From Gracilinanus agilis (Eukaryota), in contig NC_058134.1 of assembly GCF_016433145.1 (NCBI RefSeq), forward strand, positions 312,155,007-312,219,006: a stretch of 64,000 bases of DNA. Direction: 5' to 3'. Each line of letters starts with the position of its first letter. The first letter of the stretch is position 1. The translations under genes and the position numbers were made by a program. Positions 48,226 through 60,894 of the stretch are shown here, one piece after another. The notes beneath the pieces were generated by a model. It was not told the DNA's origin. It worked only from the letters and a program-made list of their open reading frames with translations, and did not search any database.

Positions 48226-49231
48226 AAATTATTTCACCATGATCCATTTTTCAGGTCAATTATCTTTCCAATGAGAAATTTCATATTTTCTTCTATTTCT
48301 TCATTCTTTTGCTTTTGTTCGATTGTTTCTTGAAACCTCATGAAGTCATTTTCTGCTTATCTAATTCTAATATTTAAGCAATCTACAGTGAGCTTATATA
48401 TCTCCTTTCCTATTTGTCTAGTTCTACTTCTAAAAATGTTTTCTTTATTTGAATTTGGCCAATTCTACTTTTTGAGGAGTTGTTTTCCTTCGCAGATTTT
48501 TTAATATCTCTCCCTTTTTCTGGGTTTCCTTTACCAAGCTGTTGATGCTTTTTTCCTATGGCTTTCTTTCATTGCTCTCATTCTTCCCCATCACTCCACC
48601 CCACCCCCCACCCATTTTTCTTCTTACTCTCTTAAAGTCCCTTTTTGAGCTCTTTCATTAACTCTTCTGGGGCCTGAGACCAATTTATATATTCTTTGAT
48701 GCTTCACATGTAGCTGTTTTGTCAGTGCTGTTTTATTCTATATTTACATCTTGAACCTGGAGTTAGATTCTTTTTTTGTTGTTCATTTTTTGTCAGCTTA
48801 TTTTTTACTGTACATTGAAGTTGAGCCCTGTTTGTGAATTGGAGAGAGTGTTGTCCCATTTTTCTTGTGCTGAGGCTTGGGGCTGTGCTTCTGGTTAGCA
48901 CCCAGCCCTGTAACCTAGCTGCTGGCTTACACTAGCAGTGGATCTCCCTGCTGGCTTGTACTGATGGGAAACCTCACTGCTGCCTCCCCCTGGCGGGAGA
49001 CCTCCCTGTGGCTCTGGATTAGGCAGACCCACTCCTGGACAGCTCCAGGGCTGGAGCTTTGCTATTGGCTGGCCGGGGCAGAGCCTCAGTTCTGATTGCT
49101 CCTTCCGGTGGGTAGTTTTTATTAGTTATTAGGAGACTAACCTGTCCTTGCTGTTTCGAAGATCTCGATGGTTCTTGCATTTAGAAGTGGGTGAATTTTG
49201 ATGCTGATACCATTTTCCTCTTTCTTTTCAG

Positions 49232-49762
49232 GCAAACCTATGCTTTGTGGACATAGATAATCATTTCATCGAACTGCCTGAAGAATTTCCACAGTTCCCT
49301 AATAAGTTGGATTTTATCCAGGAAATCTCCGAAGTGCTCCTTCAGTTTGGAATCCCGCCAGAAGGGGGCCTCCACTACAGCGAGAGCAGCATCAAACTCA
49401 AGAATATGGTTCTGAAGGACTGGGTCAGCGACAAGAAGAACGGCAACGTCTCGGCCAACACGATCCACATGTACGAGTTCCTGAAAGGCAACGAAACCAT
49501 CGCCCGCCTCCAGGCGCTCACCAAGAGGACGGGCGTAAGCGTGGACCAAGTGGCCCTCTCTCCCGCGCTGGCCGAGAAGAAGCTAAAACTGCAGTGCGAG
49601 GAGGCCGAGCTGAGGGACTATAAGCTCAACGTCCAGCTGCGGGAGGTCTTTGCCAACCGCTTCACACAGATGTTTGCCGATTACGAGGCTTTCGTGATCC
49701 AGACGGCCCAGGACATGGAGTCGTGGCTGACCAATAGGGAGCAGATGCAGAACTTCGACAAA
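49232..49762 (+). CDS. DENND5B: DENND5B exon 5 (531 nt; cDENN end/dDENN): [23 protein letters not shown]...[43 protein letters not shown]
   Basis: Acceptor TTCTTTTCAG, donor AAA|GTAAAG, phase 0-0. ORF-track entry 49247..49801. Confidence 0.98.
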
Positions 49763-51469
49763 GTAAAGAATTCTCTTTTCCTCTCATCCCCAGGGGTTTA
49801 GAATGTATTTGTACGTAGATTCAAGGTGGCAGCATTGCTACAAAGTAAAAAAGGTTTCAAGAAATCAAGTTGATTCCCTTTTTAGAATGTTGAAAATGAC
49901 CCCCGCAGACCGTCCCCCACCTGCCACTAGGCATTTTCTCATTTTGGGGGCTGTGTAGTGGCTGCGGCTTATTTTCCCCCAGATTCCCAAGCCCACCCGA
50001 GGCCTTTCCAAGTGGTACAGAGTGGGCGAGTGCTTAATGGATGCCAGCCTAAGAGCGTCCCTCCCTGTCCCGCCTCAAACACTATTTCTGTTCAGGAGGG
50101 CCTTAGGGGCCTTCTGTAGTAGAGGCAGGTCCCCCAGAGCTAACAAAGATGGGCATTGGTCGTGCCCCTCGTCCGTGGGGAGAGGCTGGCCTGGGAGCGG
50201 GGCTGCAGCATCTGCGTGGATGAGCGGCGATCGCTGTCCAGTGGGAGAGTCGAGTCATGGACAGCTGTTGCCTTTCCCACCTCTTGTTTTTTAGAGAAAG
50301 AATAGCCTACAGACGTCATGTTGGCAAAGACAGGAGAGTCGTATTCCTAGAAAAGGCCCAAAAAGGCTGTATCAAAGGGGGGAGGTACCGCAGGTTGAGG
50401 AACAGGACTCGCCTGAGTGATGGCGGGGTGAGAAGATCACTGCCGGCCTCAGGCTCGTGTCATGTTCGCCCCAGAACTGGCCCAGGGTCGAGGCAAGACT
50501 AGGGCCCTACGGCAGCATCAGGAGGGCTGAACCCCACATTTGGCCTCGTGGCTCTTGTACACAGGAGTCGAGGCTGCATTTGGAAGTACTTTTTTAGTTT
50601 TCCTTTTTCTGTTGAGAATGTCTCGTACCGTCCCCAAGAACTCTCCTGTATGTTACAAACCCTTGAAAAGTTTGAAATGTGCTTGTGATATCTCACTTTT
50701 TCTAATCTAAAAGTGCCCATCGTCTGTTTTGGCTGTAAACGTTACATTTTTCTGAAATGAAATCTGTTCTTTTTCCAGTTTAATCTTATGGGAAAGTCAG
50801 TGTCAGATTGGCTTTGAGTACAAACTGTTTACTTCATTCCAGGTCAGAAAAGAGGAGGAAGAGTTAGATTGTTAACAGAATGCCAGGATTCTCATCAGGA
50901 ATTTGTAAGAAAGCAAGGCAACATAGTAGCATCAGCTTTCAGCTTTCCAGAGCGAATTATCAGTGTTCCTTTGTGAGTCGAAGGCACCTTGAGAAATGCG
51001 GGGTAGAGCTTAGTCCTCTGCGAGTCATCGCCGTTAAAGAATAAAATGGGAGATGAAAGAAGTCCGAGTTCTGCCTTTAACATTATTCCTGCTCCCTAAT
51101 GACATCCTCAGGTCCTTGAAGTGCATCCAAAGTGCCTCCTCTACTCTTCTTTGGGACGTCCAGTTAATATGTTTCTGGTGGTAAACTGGATAAAGAAAGG
51201 GGAGAGAAAAGCCAGATCAACCCACCTTTATTAAGCTCCTACTGTTTGCCAGGCACTGGGCGTTAGCAGTTTTTCTCCATTAAGGAATGTTTCCAATGGG
51301 AAGGGCACTGGACAACCTTATGTGTGAGAACAACTTTCATGAACTGTGGCCAGATTCCACCTGCCCAGAAATCTCCCAGAGAGCTGGCAACTTTCAGCAT
51401 TTCCTTTTAGCCCTTCTTTTCCATCTTAGGGTCAGTCCCGAGTCCTGGGTCCAAGGCAGCCAAGTGACA

Positions 51470-51920
51470 GGGGCTAGACAGTTGAGGGTAAGTGACTTAC
51501 CTAGGGTCATGCAAATAGGAAGTTTCTGAGGCCAAACCTGCAATGAGGTCCTCTTGTCTCCAGACCTGGCTCTCTCCATTGAGCATACCTGGCTACTCCT
51601 TCAGTATTTCTTAATCTTGTATGTCTGGTATTGAATTTGATTATTTTTATGCCTGTTCTATGAAAGGCAGCTAGATAACACAGTAGATAAAGCTTTGGAC
51701 CCAGAGTCAGAAGACCTGAGTTCAAATCTGCCTCAAACATTTTCTAACTGGGTAACTCTAGACAAATCACTAAGGCCCTTTCTGCCCCAGTTTCCTTGTT
51801 TGCAAAATAAAGGGATAATAACTAATATCTGCTAAAATAAGGATAACCTAAAAAGAAATATTTGCAAAGTGGTTAGCCCAGTGCCTGGCATATAGCAGAC
51901 ATTTAAGAAGTGTTTATTTC
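51470..51920. mobile_element. Two CORE-SINE/MIR copies in divergent orientation
   Basis: Minus copy (taagtgacttacctagggtcatgc...) at 51470-51600; plus copy (ccagagtcagaagacctgagttcaaat...gcccagtgcctggcatatag) at 51665-51920. Confidence 0.7.
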
Positions 51921-52059
51921 TTTCCTTTTTATCAAACAGAGAGATTCGTATGCCCCCTGGGATTTGTCATTGAACAAACACAAATTCCTATCAAAATTAA
52001 GGGCTGGTTTTTCTTTCCTCCCTGTAGATCTCAAATTGTAAGTCCTCAACTAGTCATTA

Positions 52060-53900
52060 AGCACTTAGTGTTCACTCTCCCGAGTTTTGGGAGTAGAAGG
52101 AAGAAGTCGAAACAACCCTTGTTTTCAAGGAAGTTACAAGACGTGTAATAATAATTATAATAGTGATAGCCAACGTTTCCCCAGAACTCTTGGGCTTGAA
52201 ACGTACTTTACACCTAATCTCATTTGATCCTCACATATATAAGGGAATCTCAGAGGGGAAAGGCCCTGCAGTAGATGACATTTCAGCCGATTCTTTAAGG
52301 AGCCAGAAATTCCGAGATGTGGAGCTGGGGAAGGAGGCTCTCCCAGGCATGGAGATAAATTGCCAGGGCGAGAGCAGAAAGATGGAGAAGCTCGTGGGCC
52401 AAAGGGCAAGTCGTCTAGAATGGCCAGATCACAGAGTTCATGGAGGGAGATGTGTGGGAAAGGAGGGCAGAGCTAGAGAGAGGAAGGAGCCACACAGTCG
52501 AGCTTTATGAGGCCGAGGAATTCACATCCGATCTGAAAGACGGTACCGAGCGAGTAGAGGATGAGACGATCACAGCAGCGTCATAGGAAACGCAGTTTGG
52601 CAGCTGTGTGGGAGCTTGATTGGAGCGTGTGGAGAGGTCTGAGCGAGGGACGCCACGCAGGAGGCTAGGCAAGAAGCGATGATGGCCTGACCCAAGGTGG
52701 CAGCGAGTGAGGGATGGAGGCAAGATTAGTATCTGTGAACCTAAGGGATGGGCCGGTGGTGATTTCCTCAGCAGTAATTAACTTAATACTCAAGCCTGGA
52801 GTCTGAAAGGGAGATTGGAGGTGTAGATAGACCTCGGTGAGCCACCTCATAGAGAAGATGATTAAACGAGCCAAGGCCAGGGAAGTCACCGAGAGAAAGA
52901 ACATTGGGTGGAAGGCTCAGGCCAGAGCAGGGGGGCTACGACCACTGCCAGTGAGCAAGGAGCACTACAGCTGGCAGGAGGAGGGACAGCGTCACAGAAA
53001 CCAGAGAGAAAAGGGCGAGAAGCACGAGGCGGGGGTCACAAGTTTGGAATCCTACAGAAAGGAAACCAACAGTCTTTGTCATTCTGTTGCCAGTAGCCTC
53101 CATAGAGCAGTTTGAGTTTGATGATGAGCTTAGAAACTAGACTGCAGAGACTGTAGAGGGGGAGAGCTAGCAAATATCTCTATAAGATATAAGATATATT
53201 TGGCTTTTTTAAGGGATTTGGCTGAGAGAGGGAGGAGAACTGTCAGACGAGAACTTGTGGGGATTGTGAGACCAAGCAAAAAAAATGAATGCTGGGAGGA
53301 ATTTGGAGTGTCTGTACAAATTAGGGAAAGAATTACTCGTGAGGGATTGAAGATGAGAGAGGGATGGTAGTGGGGGCTAGAGAACAGACTGCTGGAGGAG
53401 TGGGAGAAGACAGGTCCAAGGTTAAGTATGAAATGAGCAAGTCCTTGGCAAGAATCAGACTGGCGTGAAGAAGGAAAAGGTAGATGTCAGGAGTAGGCGA
53501 GATGAGAAGAGGGAACTCCTGACAGAGGGTCTTAGTTTTTGAGTTATGTAAGAGGTGAGGTCCTCCGCTGAGAGGCGCCTTGGGAGACACTTGGGAGGAG
53601 AAAGGACGGTTGGAATAGCTGTTGTAGAGGGAGAGATGGAGAATCGGTTAAGGAACACTTGAGATTTAATAACATAAATTTATGGTGAACCTGTTGGACC
53701 TCCTTGAGCTCTAGGCAGTAGCAGTTGAGTAGAAGCAGAGGAGGAGGACAGGAGTCACCAGAGATGGGGCTTAGCAAGGTGTGATTGGCAGCAGGAAAGG
53801 GGAGCCCCAAGGAATTTGAGAGAAGAGGATAGTGTGGAGCTGAATTGGATCACGGAGGGGTTGAGAGGAGACTGGTATAGCCAGGACGGGGGGAGGGGGA
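52060..53900 (-). mobile_element. Long L2 fragment
   Basis: Purine-rich reverse-strand L2 ORF2 text (gtttgagtttgatgatgag, gagggattgaagatgagagaggg, ggagtcaccagagatggggc). Confidence 0.7.
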
Positions 53901-54421
53901 GGATGCCCTGGGAAAGTAGAAGAATTGATTAGAGGTCATGGTGAGGCTGAAGAGCAGGGCTAGCCATACATAGGACACTCCAAAGGAAAGACAAAATTAA
54001 CGCTTAGGATGTAAGAAAGGAATTTTTGAGCTCCTGAAATGGAACTGTAGTATTTGTGGGTAATGAGAAGATCAGTCCCATGACCATCCCTGTCATAGCT
54101 GAGATGGAATGGAAAAGTCGGTCATGGGACCGCCTGGGAATTCACAGTGTTGAAGGGGATATGGGCATGTGTGTAGAAATTCCTAGCATGCCATCAGGAG
54201 CTGAAATGCGTATTAGTGGGCTTGATTGTAAGTCATTATAAATTGAAAATCAAGGATGCCAAGATTGGTCCTTGGAGGGCTCTTGCAATTTCAGAGGCCA
54301 TTTTTATGCTGAGAGATTAGAAGGTGGAATTGAAAGGAGGACGGACCTCAATAATATGAGGGTGTAACCGATAGCAATAAAGAGGGCCATCATCACTAAT
54401 TGCCTACTTATCTCATTACAG

Positions 54422-54653
54422 GCTTCTTTCCTGTCCGATCAGCCTGAGCCTTATCTCCCATTTCTTTCACACTTCATTGAAACACAGATGTTTGCCACCT
54501 TTGTTGACAATAAAATTATGTCCCAGTGGGAGGAAAAAGATCCTCTCCTTCGGGTCTTTGACTCCAGGATTGAGAAGCTGAGGCTGTATAATGTCAGAGC
54601 ACCGGTTTTGCGGACCTCCATTTATCAGAGATGCAGCACTTTAAAAGAAGCAG
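54422..54653 (+). CDS. DENND5B: DENND5B exon 6 (232 nt; dDENN): [77 protein letters not shown]
   Basis: Branch-like CACTAAT upstream, acceptor TCATTACAG, donor GCAG|GTACAT. Contains the dDENN motif [21 protein letters not shown]. Confidence 0.98.
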
Positions 54654-56984
54654 GTACATCCAGTTTGACACTTAAAGTACAATTTCATATCTGTTCCTCT
54701 TTCTTTTTCCATGTAATTCCCATCATGCGTGTTCATTTTTTTCTCCCTTTGCCACACAGCAAGGTTTTCTCCCAGTGACCTGTGTCTGATGAAATTTGGG
54801 GCCTGAGGAAGAAGGAAGACAAGGATGTCTGCCTTTTGTTATTTTTTCCCCATATTTTCTGGGGAACAGGTTCATACCCTCTTTGGCTTAGTTCTCAATT
54901 TCGGGGGAAAACAATAAATATAATGAAACATGATTAGAATCAACTAAATGCTAAGGTCCCAAGATGTTAGTTTCTGTCCCTTTATTTATGCCCCGAAAGA
55001 AGCATTTCTCCACCACTTTTCCCTGGATCATTCAGAAAATCTTGGTTTTTCCGTAATAAATCTGAGATGCCTCCTGACTTATATAAATATCGATGGATTT
55101 GACTGGTCAAAATAATGCACACACAGTACCCACAAATAACAGTCTGATTCATAACCGCCATTAATAAGAGGCAGCGAAGTCATTAAAATGAGGGATTTCC
55201 CCCCCTTTATAACTGGATTAATGGCAGATTTTAGGCTTGATTTTTCTTTTCGAGTGTGAATACAGCCCTTGAAGCAATCTTTTAATATGGGAATGCGGAA
55301 TTGGGGATATTTTACTTAATAGTAAGCTATTTTCTGTGCACAGATGGCATGGATTGAAACTCTTGACTATTAGCAGGAACAAAAAAGTACCCCTAGTTCC
55401 AAATCCTTGGTGAATTGCAAAATGAACTCTTCAGTAGAAAAGGATGAGTGGGAAAGTAGTTTTAAGCTCTTGCACTCTGCTAAATGCTAGAGATACATAC
55501 AGAAAAACAGATAGTCCCTACTTTCAAGGAGCTCACATCCAAGAAGGAAGAGTCAGGTCAGATGGAAAGGCTCCATCCATGGTCCTTAGGATATAGCAGC
55601 AGTCATGGCCTTTTTTCCCTTTAATTCCTTTTAGTTCTCTTAATTTTCCTGATAAAAACTGCATCCATTTCTGGTATTGAATCATTCATTGGACCTTGGC
55701 AGCAAAGACTTTTCCGAATTTCCAGTAGCTGTGTGGTCCCAGGAGGCAAGAATTACACAATCTGTGGAAGTAGTTGTCCATTTCTGTCTCCACTAGAGCC
55801 GACTCCCTCATTGAAGGCTTTCAGGGCTGGAAGCCCAGCTGGTAGTCTGGAGGTGTGAGTGGAGAGTTTAGGGGGCGGGGGCTCTTTAGCTTAGTGTCCC
55901 GGGCTTTGGAGGCTGAGGGATGATGTCGGTAGTTGCCCTTATCTTTCTCTCAGGCTGCCTTACTGTTTTAGCTAGGCTCGCTAGCTTCCCACCTGTGGTT
56001 CATAAGTAGTTGCTCTCTTTACCACAGTAGTTACTTTCCTAGGAAGTGGTTGTGGGAGTTGGGTTGGAAGCAAAGTCAGTGATCTGGGAGGCACTGCACT
56101 TCTGGGGTTCTTGGACCCAACTGACTCCCAGTGGCCATTGGTCAGAGGTAGGTGGTAATGGTGGGAGGGCAGATCCTTTCTCCCCTCAGTTCTGGTTGGA
56201 GAAGAGGAGCTGTTGGTCTGGAGGGTGCAGATATTCTCTGGTTTTTGGGGCCTGGGGTCCTGGGCTGTCACCATCTTGATCTAAAAGGAGTTATAGACAA
56301 GGTAATGATGGTCCAAATTGCCTGAAAAGTGCCATCTCTTTGTCTCACATTTAGGGTTAGGGTTGGGTTGGATCAGCCTTCCTGCCTTATGGGTAGTTCT
56401 CCCAGTCTGTTTTCTAACCTGTAAAAGAGAGAATCCTACTTAGAGTGACTGTCTCATAGAAATCAAGGCTTTACCTGGCAATTCCCCATAACCAGTCCTT
56501 CTCCCTTATAAGTGTTGGGGTTACTTGAATGTAATTGATTCCTATGAAAAGGGGGGAAAAGGAAACAGTTAACTCATGTGTGGAGTGGAATCCGGAGGTC
56601 TGCACCCCAAAGTCAGTCTACTGAGCAGACAGGAGACTGGATAAGATGCTGGCAGAGAAAAGGCAGCCTTTATTAGGAAGGGGAGAGGCCACAGGCTGCT
56701 CTGAGTGATCGACCCAACTGCAATGTCCAAGGCTATACAAGTAAACTCAGAACTGATAGGAATTTAACATAATGCTTCTCTTTTAGTTACCCCCCACCAC
56801 CTGGGTACAATACAATGTCTGTATGTGTTCTATTTTCTTTATCTTGTCCTTCTCTCCTTAAGTTTCCCAGCGTTCTGAAACTCGTGGGAGCATTCCTCAA
56901 GTTTGCAATTTCCAAGTTGAGTCAGAGTTTAGACATGGCCAAGGCCTTTTGTACTGAAACATTTGATAGAGAGAGTCAAGATTT

Positions 56985-57665
56985 TTTTTTTAAACTATTT
57001 AATAGACTTTTTCCATGGTTCCATGATTCGTGTTCTTTCCCTCCCCTCCTCCCACCACTGTGTTATTCATGTATTATTGTTCAGAACTCATTTCCATATT
57101 GATACTATTTGCAATACGATGATCATTTAGAGTCAACATCCCCAATCATATCCCCATCAAACCATGTGATCACTCCTATGTTTTTCATCTGTGTTTCTGC
57201 TCCCACAGTTCTTTCTCAGGATGTGGATACATTCTTCCTCATAAGTCCTCAAGATTGTCCTGGGTCATTGCATTGTTACTAGTTGAGAAGTCAGTTACAT
57301 TCGATTGTGTTACAATGTATCCATCTCTGTGTACAATGTTCTCCTGCTTCTGCTCCACATGGAATTCCTCCAGTTCATCATTCCTTTCAACACAATAATA
57401 TTCCATCACTATCAGATACCACAATTTGTTCATCCATTCCCCAATCGAGGGATATCCCCTCATTTTCCAATTTTTTGCCACCACTAAGAGCACAGCTATG
57501 AATGTTTTTGTACAAGTCTTTTTCCATGTTGTCTCTGGGATACAAACCCAGCAGTGGGATGACTGAATCAAAGGACAGGCAGTCTTTGATAGCCTTTTGG
57601 GTATGATTCCAAATTACCCTCCGGAATGGTTGGATCAATTCATAACTCCACCAGCAATGTATTAA
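56985..57665 (-). mobile_element. L1 3' end
   Basis: T-tail, L1 3'UTR and ORF2 C-terminus (track ORF 57239..57571-: KTFIAVLLVVAKNWKMRGYPSIGEWMNKLWY). Confidence 0.92.
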
Positions 57666-58799
57666 CAAGGGAGTCAAGATTATAGCTGTAAGTTTAGGAC
57701 TTTTCCCAAGGGAATTTTCCATCACCATTTCTCAGTTTCTAACCTCTTTTATCCTTTGAATACTGACTGTCAGAGCTATTTGGAATCCATAAGGAAAAGG
57801 AGGGAAAATGAGGGGGTTTGGCCACATTAGAAAAGAGTGAATTAAAGCTGCCTGGGGAGAAAGATTTCTCTACTCTTCATAAGAAGAGATTGGTACCTCT
57901 CTTCTGAAGAGCTCCTAACTTTAACTAATTTTCTATAGAAAGTTGCTAATCTAAAATTACTAACTAATATATGCTGGCGGATAATCCATGATTTCAACCC
58001 ACACACTGAGATTATGTCATTGACTTTTCCTCTTATGTGTTTTCCTTATATGGGCCCAGAGTGCACAAGTAATTAACCCTCAACTAATTAGGTAATTGAA
58101 CTTTTGCAAATAAGCAGTGATCTTCTAGAAACTGAAAGCATTTAACTGATCTACTACACTTTAGTAGTAAAGTAACTTTAGAGAGAGATCTCAGATCTTC
58201 TGAAAGTGTCTTGGTAGCCTCAGAATCCGTTTCTACCAGTGGCCCCCAAAGGTTGCTGGAACTGCTCTTCGAGGAGGTAGCAAAGTGGTTTAAATCAATT
58301 CTGCAGCCTGCCATATGTGGTCCTTTTTGGACATGAGTCTGTGGCTGTTATAAGTGCCTCATAGTGCCAGGAATACTCTCCTCATTTTGACCCAGTTCAA
58401 AAGGTAGAAGAAGTCTTGGCTTTGATTCCATTAGTTCATCTCAAAAAACAATAAGCCGTCACGTGTATGGCCCAGATCAGATTATTTCCCGTCTCCAAGT
58501 GGGGGGAGGGAAGGGTACCATTTGGGTCTTTTAATTTTAGAAAACATATGTTGAACATCTATTACATGTAACTGAGAAGAAAATATCTTTGAATTTAACA
58601 AACATCGCCAATACAAAAGAGTAAGAAAAACAAGTCTTGTATTTCATGAAGGCATTGATCCATTATAGTTTTATATCTCTTAAGCCAAGCTGTTAATTAC
58701 CTTCCCAGTTCTTTCTTCCATAGCTCTCATTTCTTTTCCTCCTTCCCTCCAGTGTTCTAATTACACTTATAAAAACTTTTTTTCTCATTTCATCCTTTC

Positions 58800-59540
58800 T
58801 AGAAGTTCTAGTTGAGTGTGTGTCCAGGCTGGGTTTCTCTTTGACACTTGCCTATAGATAGTCTGTGGCCATTCTCTTCTGCTTGGGTCTTGAGCATTCG
58901 TTCTGCCACACTCATGGTTCATTATATTGGGGTTCTTTTTCCTCTGCTAGCCGTCTTCCTGATTTGGGGCTTTCTCTTCAGGCTGGGCTCTGCCGTACTT
59001 CTGCAGGAAAAGTCTCTGCTGTTTCTGTTGCTGCACAATCACGGGCTGTTGAGTGTTGTGTTATTCCCTGATCTCCGGCAAAGCTTTCAGGATTTCCTAA
59101 GCAGTCTGAGCCAGAGCAAAGTCTGTTCCTTCTTCCGTGGTCTGACCTCTGCAAATTCCTAGAGGGAGTTTGGCTTATACGAGAACAGACTGCCGCCAGA
59201 TTCAGCCCCTCTCCCACAACGGGAAAACTAGTGGTTCAGAGCCGCAGAATCGTAGTCTGCCGCCGCCTGAACTTACTCCTTTTTCAGTTTCCAAGGGCTC
59301 CCTTGCCTGGGAACACCACCATCCCGCACAGGGCCCCGGGATGCGTAACCTAGAATGGGGGAGCACAAGGAAGCCCTTGTGTGCAGTGGGGCTTACATTC
59401 CCCATGTTCCCACTCCAACTTTCTCTGGCTTTCTCCATCAGGATTTGCCTGCTGCCTTTTATAGACACATTTAGAGGAGTTTGTGGTGGAGAGCCCGCCA
59501 TAGTGCTCTTTGCCACTCTGCCATCTTGTCCCACCTCTTC
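58800..59540 (-). mobile_element. L1 5'UTR/ORF1 start fragment
   Basis: Ends in ccactctgccatcttgtcccacc, the typical reverse complement of an L1 5' terminus. Confidence 0.6.
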
Positions 59541-60580
59541 TGATCCGTTTTCCACACACTTGGCTACTGAGTGGTTCTTCTCATGTGGCTCTTGTGCCAG
59601 GAAACTCCAGAGGCTCCCCGGGGCCCCTAGCATGGAACAGAAGTGCCTTTACTTGGTTTTTACTACTTCCTGAGCCCCTCATTGTCCCTCATTCCCTTCT
59701 CTCCCCTCTCCTGGCTAGCTCACCTGGCCTTCTTGCTCTTCCTCCTGCCCTGGCTATCTCCTGTGTCCTAACATTCTCTCCCTCCGCTGCCACTGCGATT
59801 CTCTGCCTAAAGGAGAAGGCTGGGTACATGAGAATAGGGAAGGAAGCGATAAAGCTAGACGCGCCTCCTCAGCATGCAGGCCCCGCACAGGGAAGAGCGT
59901 GGAGGAAATGCCAAGTGAGCTGCTTGTTTGGGGCTGGCCTTCCCGGGACACTTCTAAAGAGAGCCTAAATAAGGAGCCAGATGTCCAATGGAGGAATGGA
60001 TGGACGATTTGGAACAGGGAGGTTTTAAACCCAAAATGACCTCGAGCATCAGTTAATACATCTTTGTTCGTAGTGCCTCCTAAGCCTGAGCCTGTGTGCC
60101 AGGCACGGTGCTGAGTGCTGGGGCCCAAAGAGACAGAGACAGGACAGTCCCTGCCCTCCACGAGCTCAGGGTCTGCTGGCAGAGACCAGCTGGCTACGTG
60201 TCCCTACACATTCTGAGTAAATTTGAGCATCAGGATGAACAGGGAGGAATTCAAAGAGGCCTTGGGGAAGTTTTCCTATGGAAAATGGAATTTCTTGAGA
60301 TTTAAAGAAAGCCAGAAAAGCCAGGAGGCAGGGAGAGAGGGACAGACAGACCGAGAGAGAGAAAGACACAGGGGAAAGAGGGGGAGGGAGGTAGAAAAAT
60401 GGGGGGGGCCTCTGGAGGACTTTGGGGGCTTGGCTGCCATGGGAACACAGGAAAGCAGGTTGGGCCTGCTTTTGGCTTCTTCTTGCCCAGGGAAAATCAG
60501 GGCCTTTTCCTTCAGTTGGAGCAGGAGGAAAAAGCCCTTTGGAGGAAATGTCTTTAATGGCGTCCCTGTCTTCTCTGCAG

Positions 60581-60722
60581 CTCAGGCCATTGAGCAGCGG
60601 CTGATGAAGATGGACCACAGCGCCATACACCCCCATTTACTGGACATGAAGATCGGCCAAGGCAGATACGAGCAGGGCTTCTTTCCGAAGCTGCAGGCGG
60701 ATGTCCTGACCACCAACCATAA
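60581..60722 (+). CDS. DENND5B: DENND5B exon 7 (142 nt): (A)[46 protein letters not shown]
   Basis: Acceptor TTCTCTGCAG, donor AA|GTAAGT, phase 1 entry continues exon 6. Peptide matches DENND5 [21 protein letters not shown]. Confidence 0.96.
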
Positions 60723-60894
60723 GTAAGTGAAGGATGGCGCCGTGCCTGGGGGAAAAGGGGCTCTGGTGGCCGCAGTAAATGTCCATTTGGGTTTCACGTG
60801 AGCAGGCGAGGTTTCTCACCAGGCCGCGGAGCACCTGGCTGGGCAGCCTGGCCACTGAGACCCTGGCCCGGCCCTGTGCATTGGGTTAGGGCAG

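Larger units (their letters stand above)
42100..49140 (-). mobile_element. Large degenerate L1 (ORF2, ORF1, 5'UTR-like), internally deleted, with nested insertions
   Basis: Track ORFs 43770..44012- ([16 protein letters not shown]...[16 protein letters not shown] = L1 RT) and 42979..43278- are L1 ORF2; ORF1 reverse-strand text occurs at 46600-48800. Confidence 0.92.

Noticed and set aside
55640-56810. Possible ERV gag remnant with an adjacent LTR-like block
   Set aside because: Only vague peptide resemblance, with no PBS, TSD or convincing gag motif, so it is not supportable as a feature.
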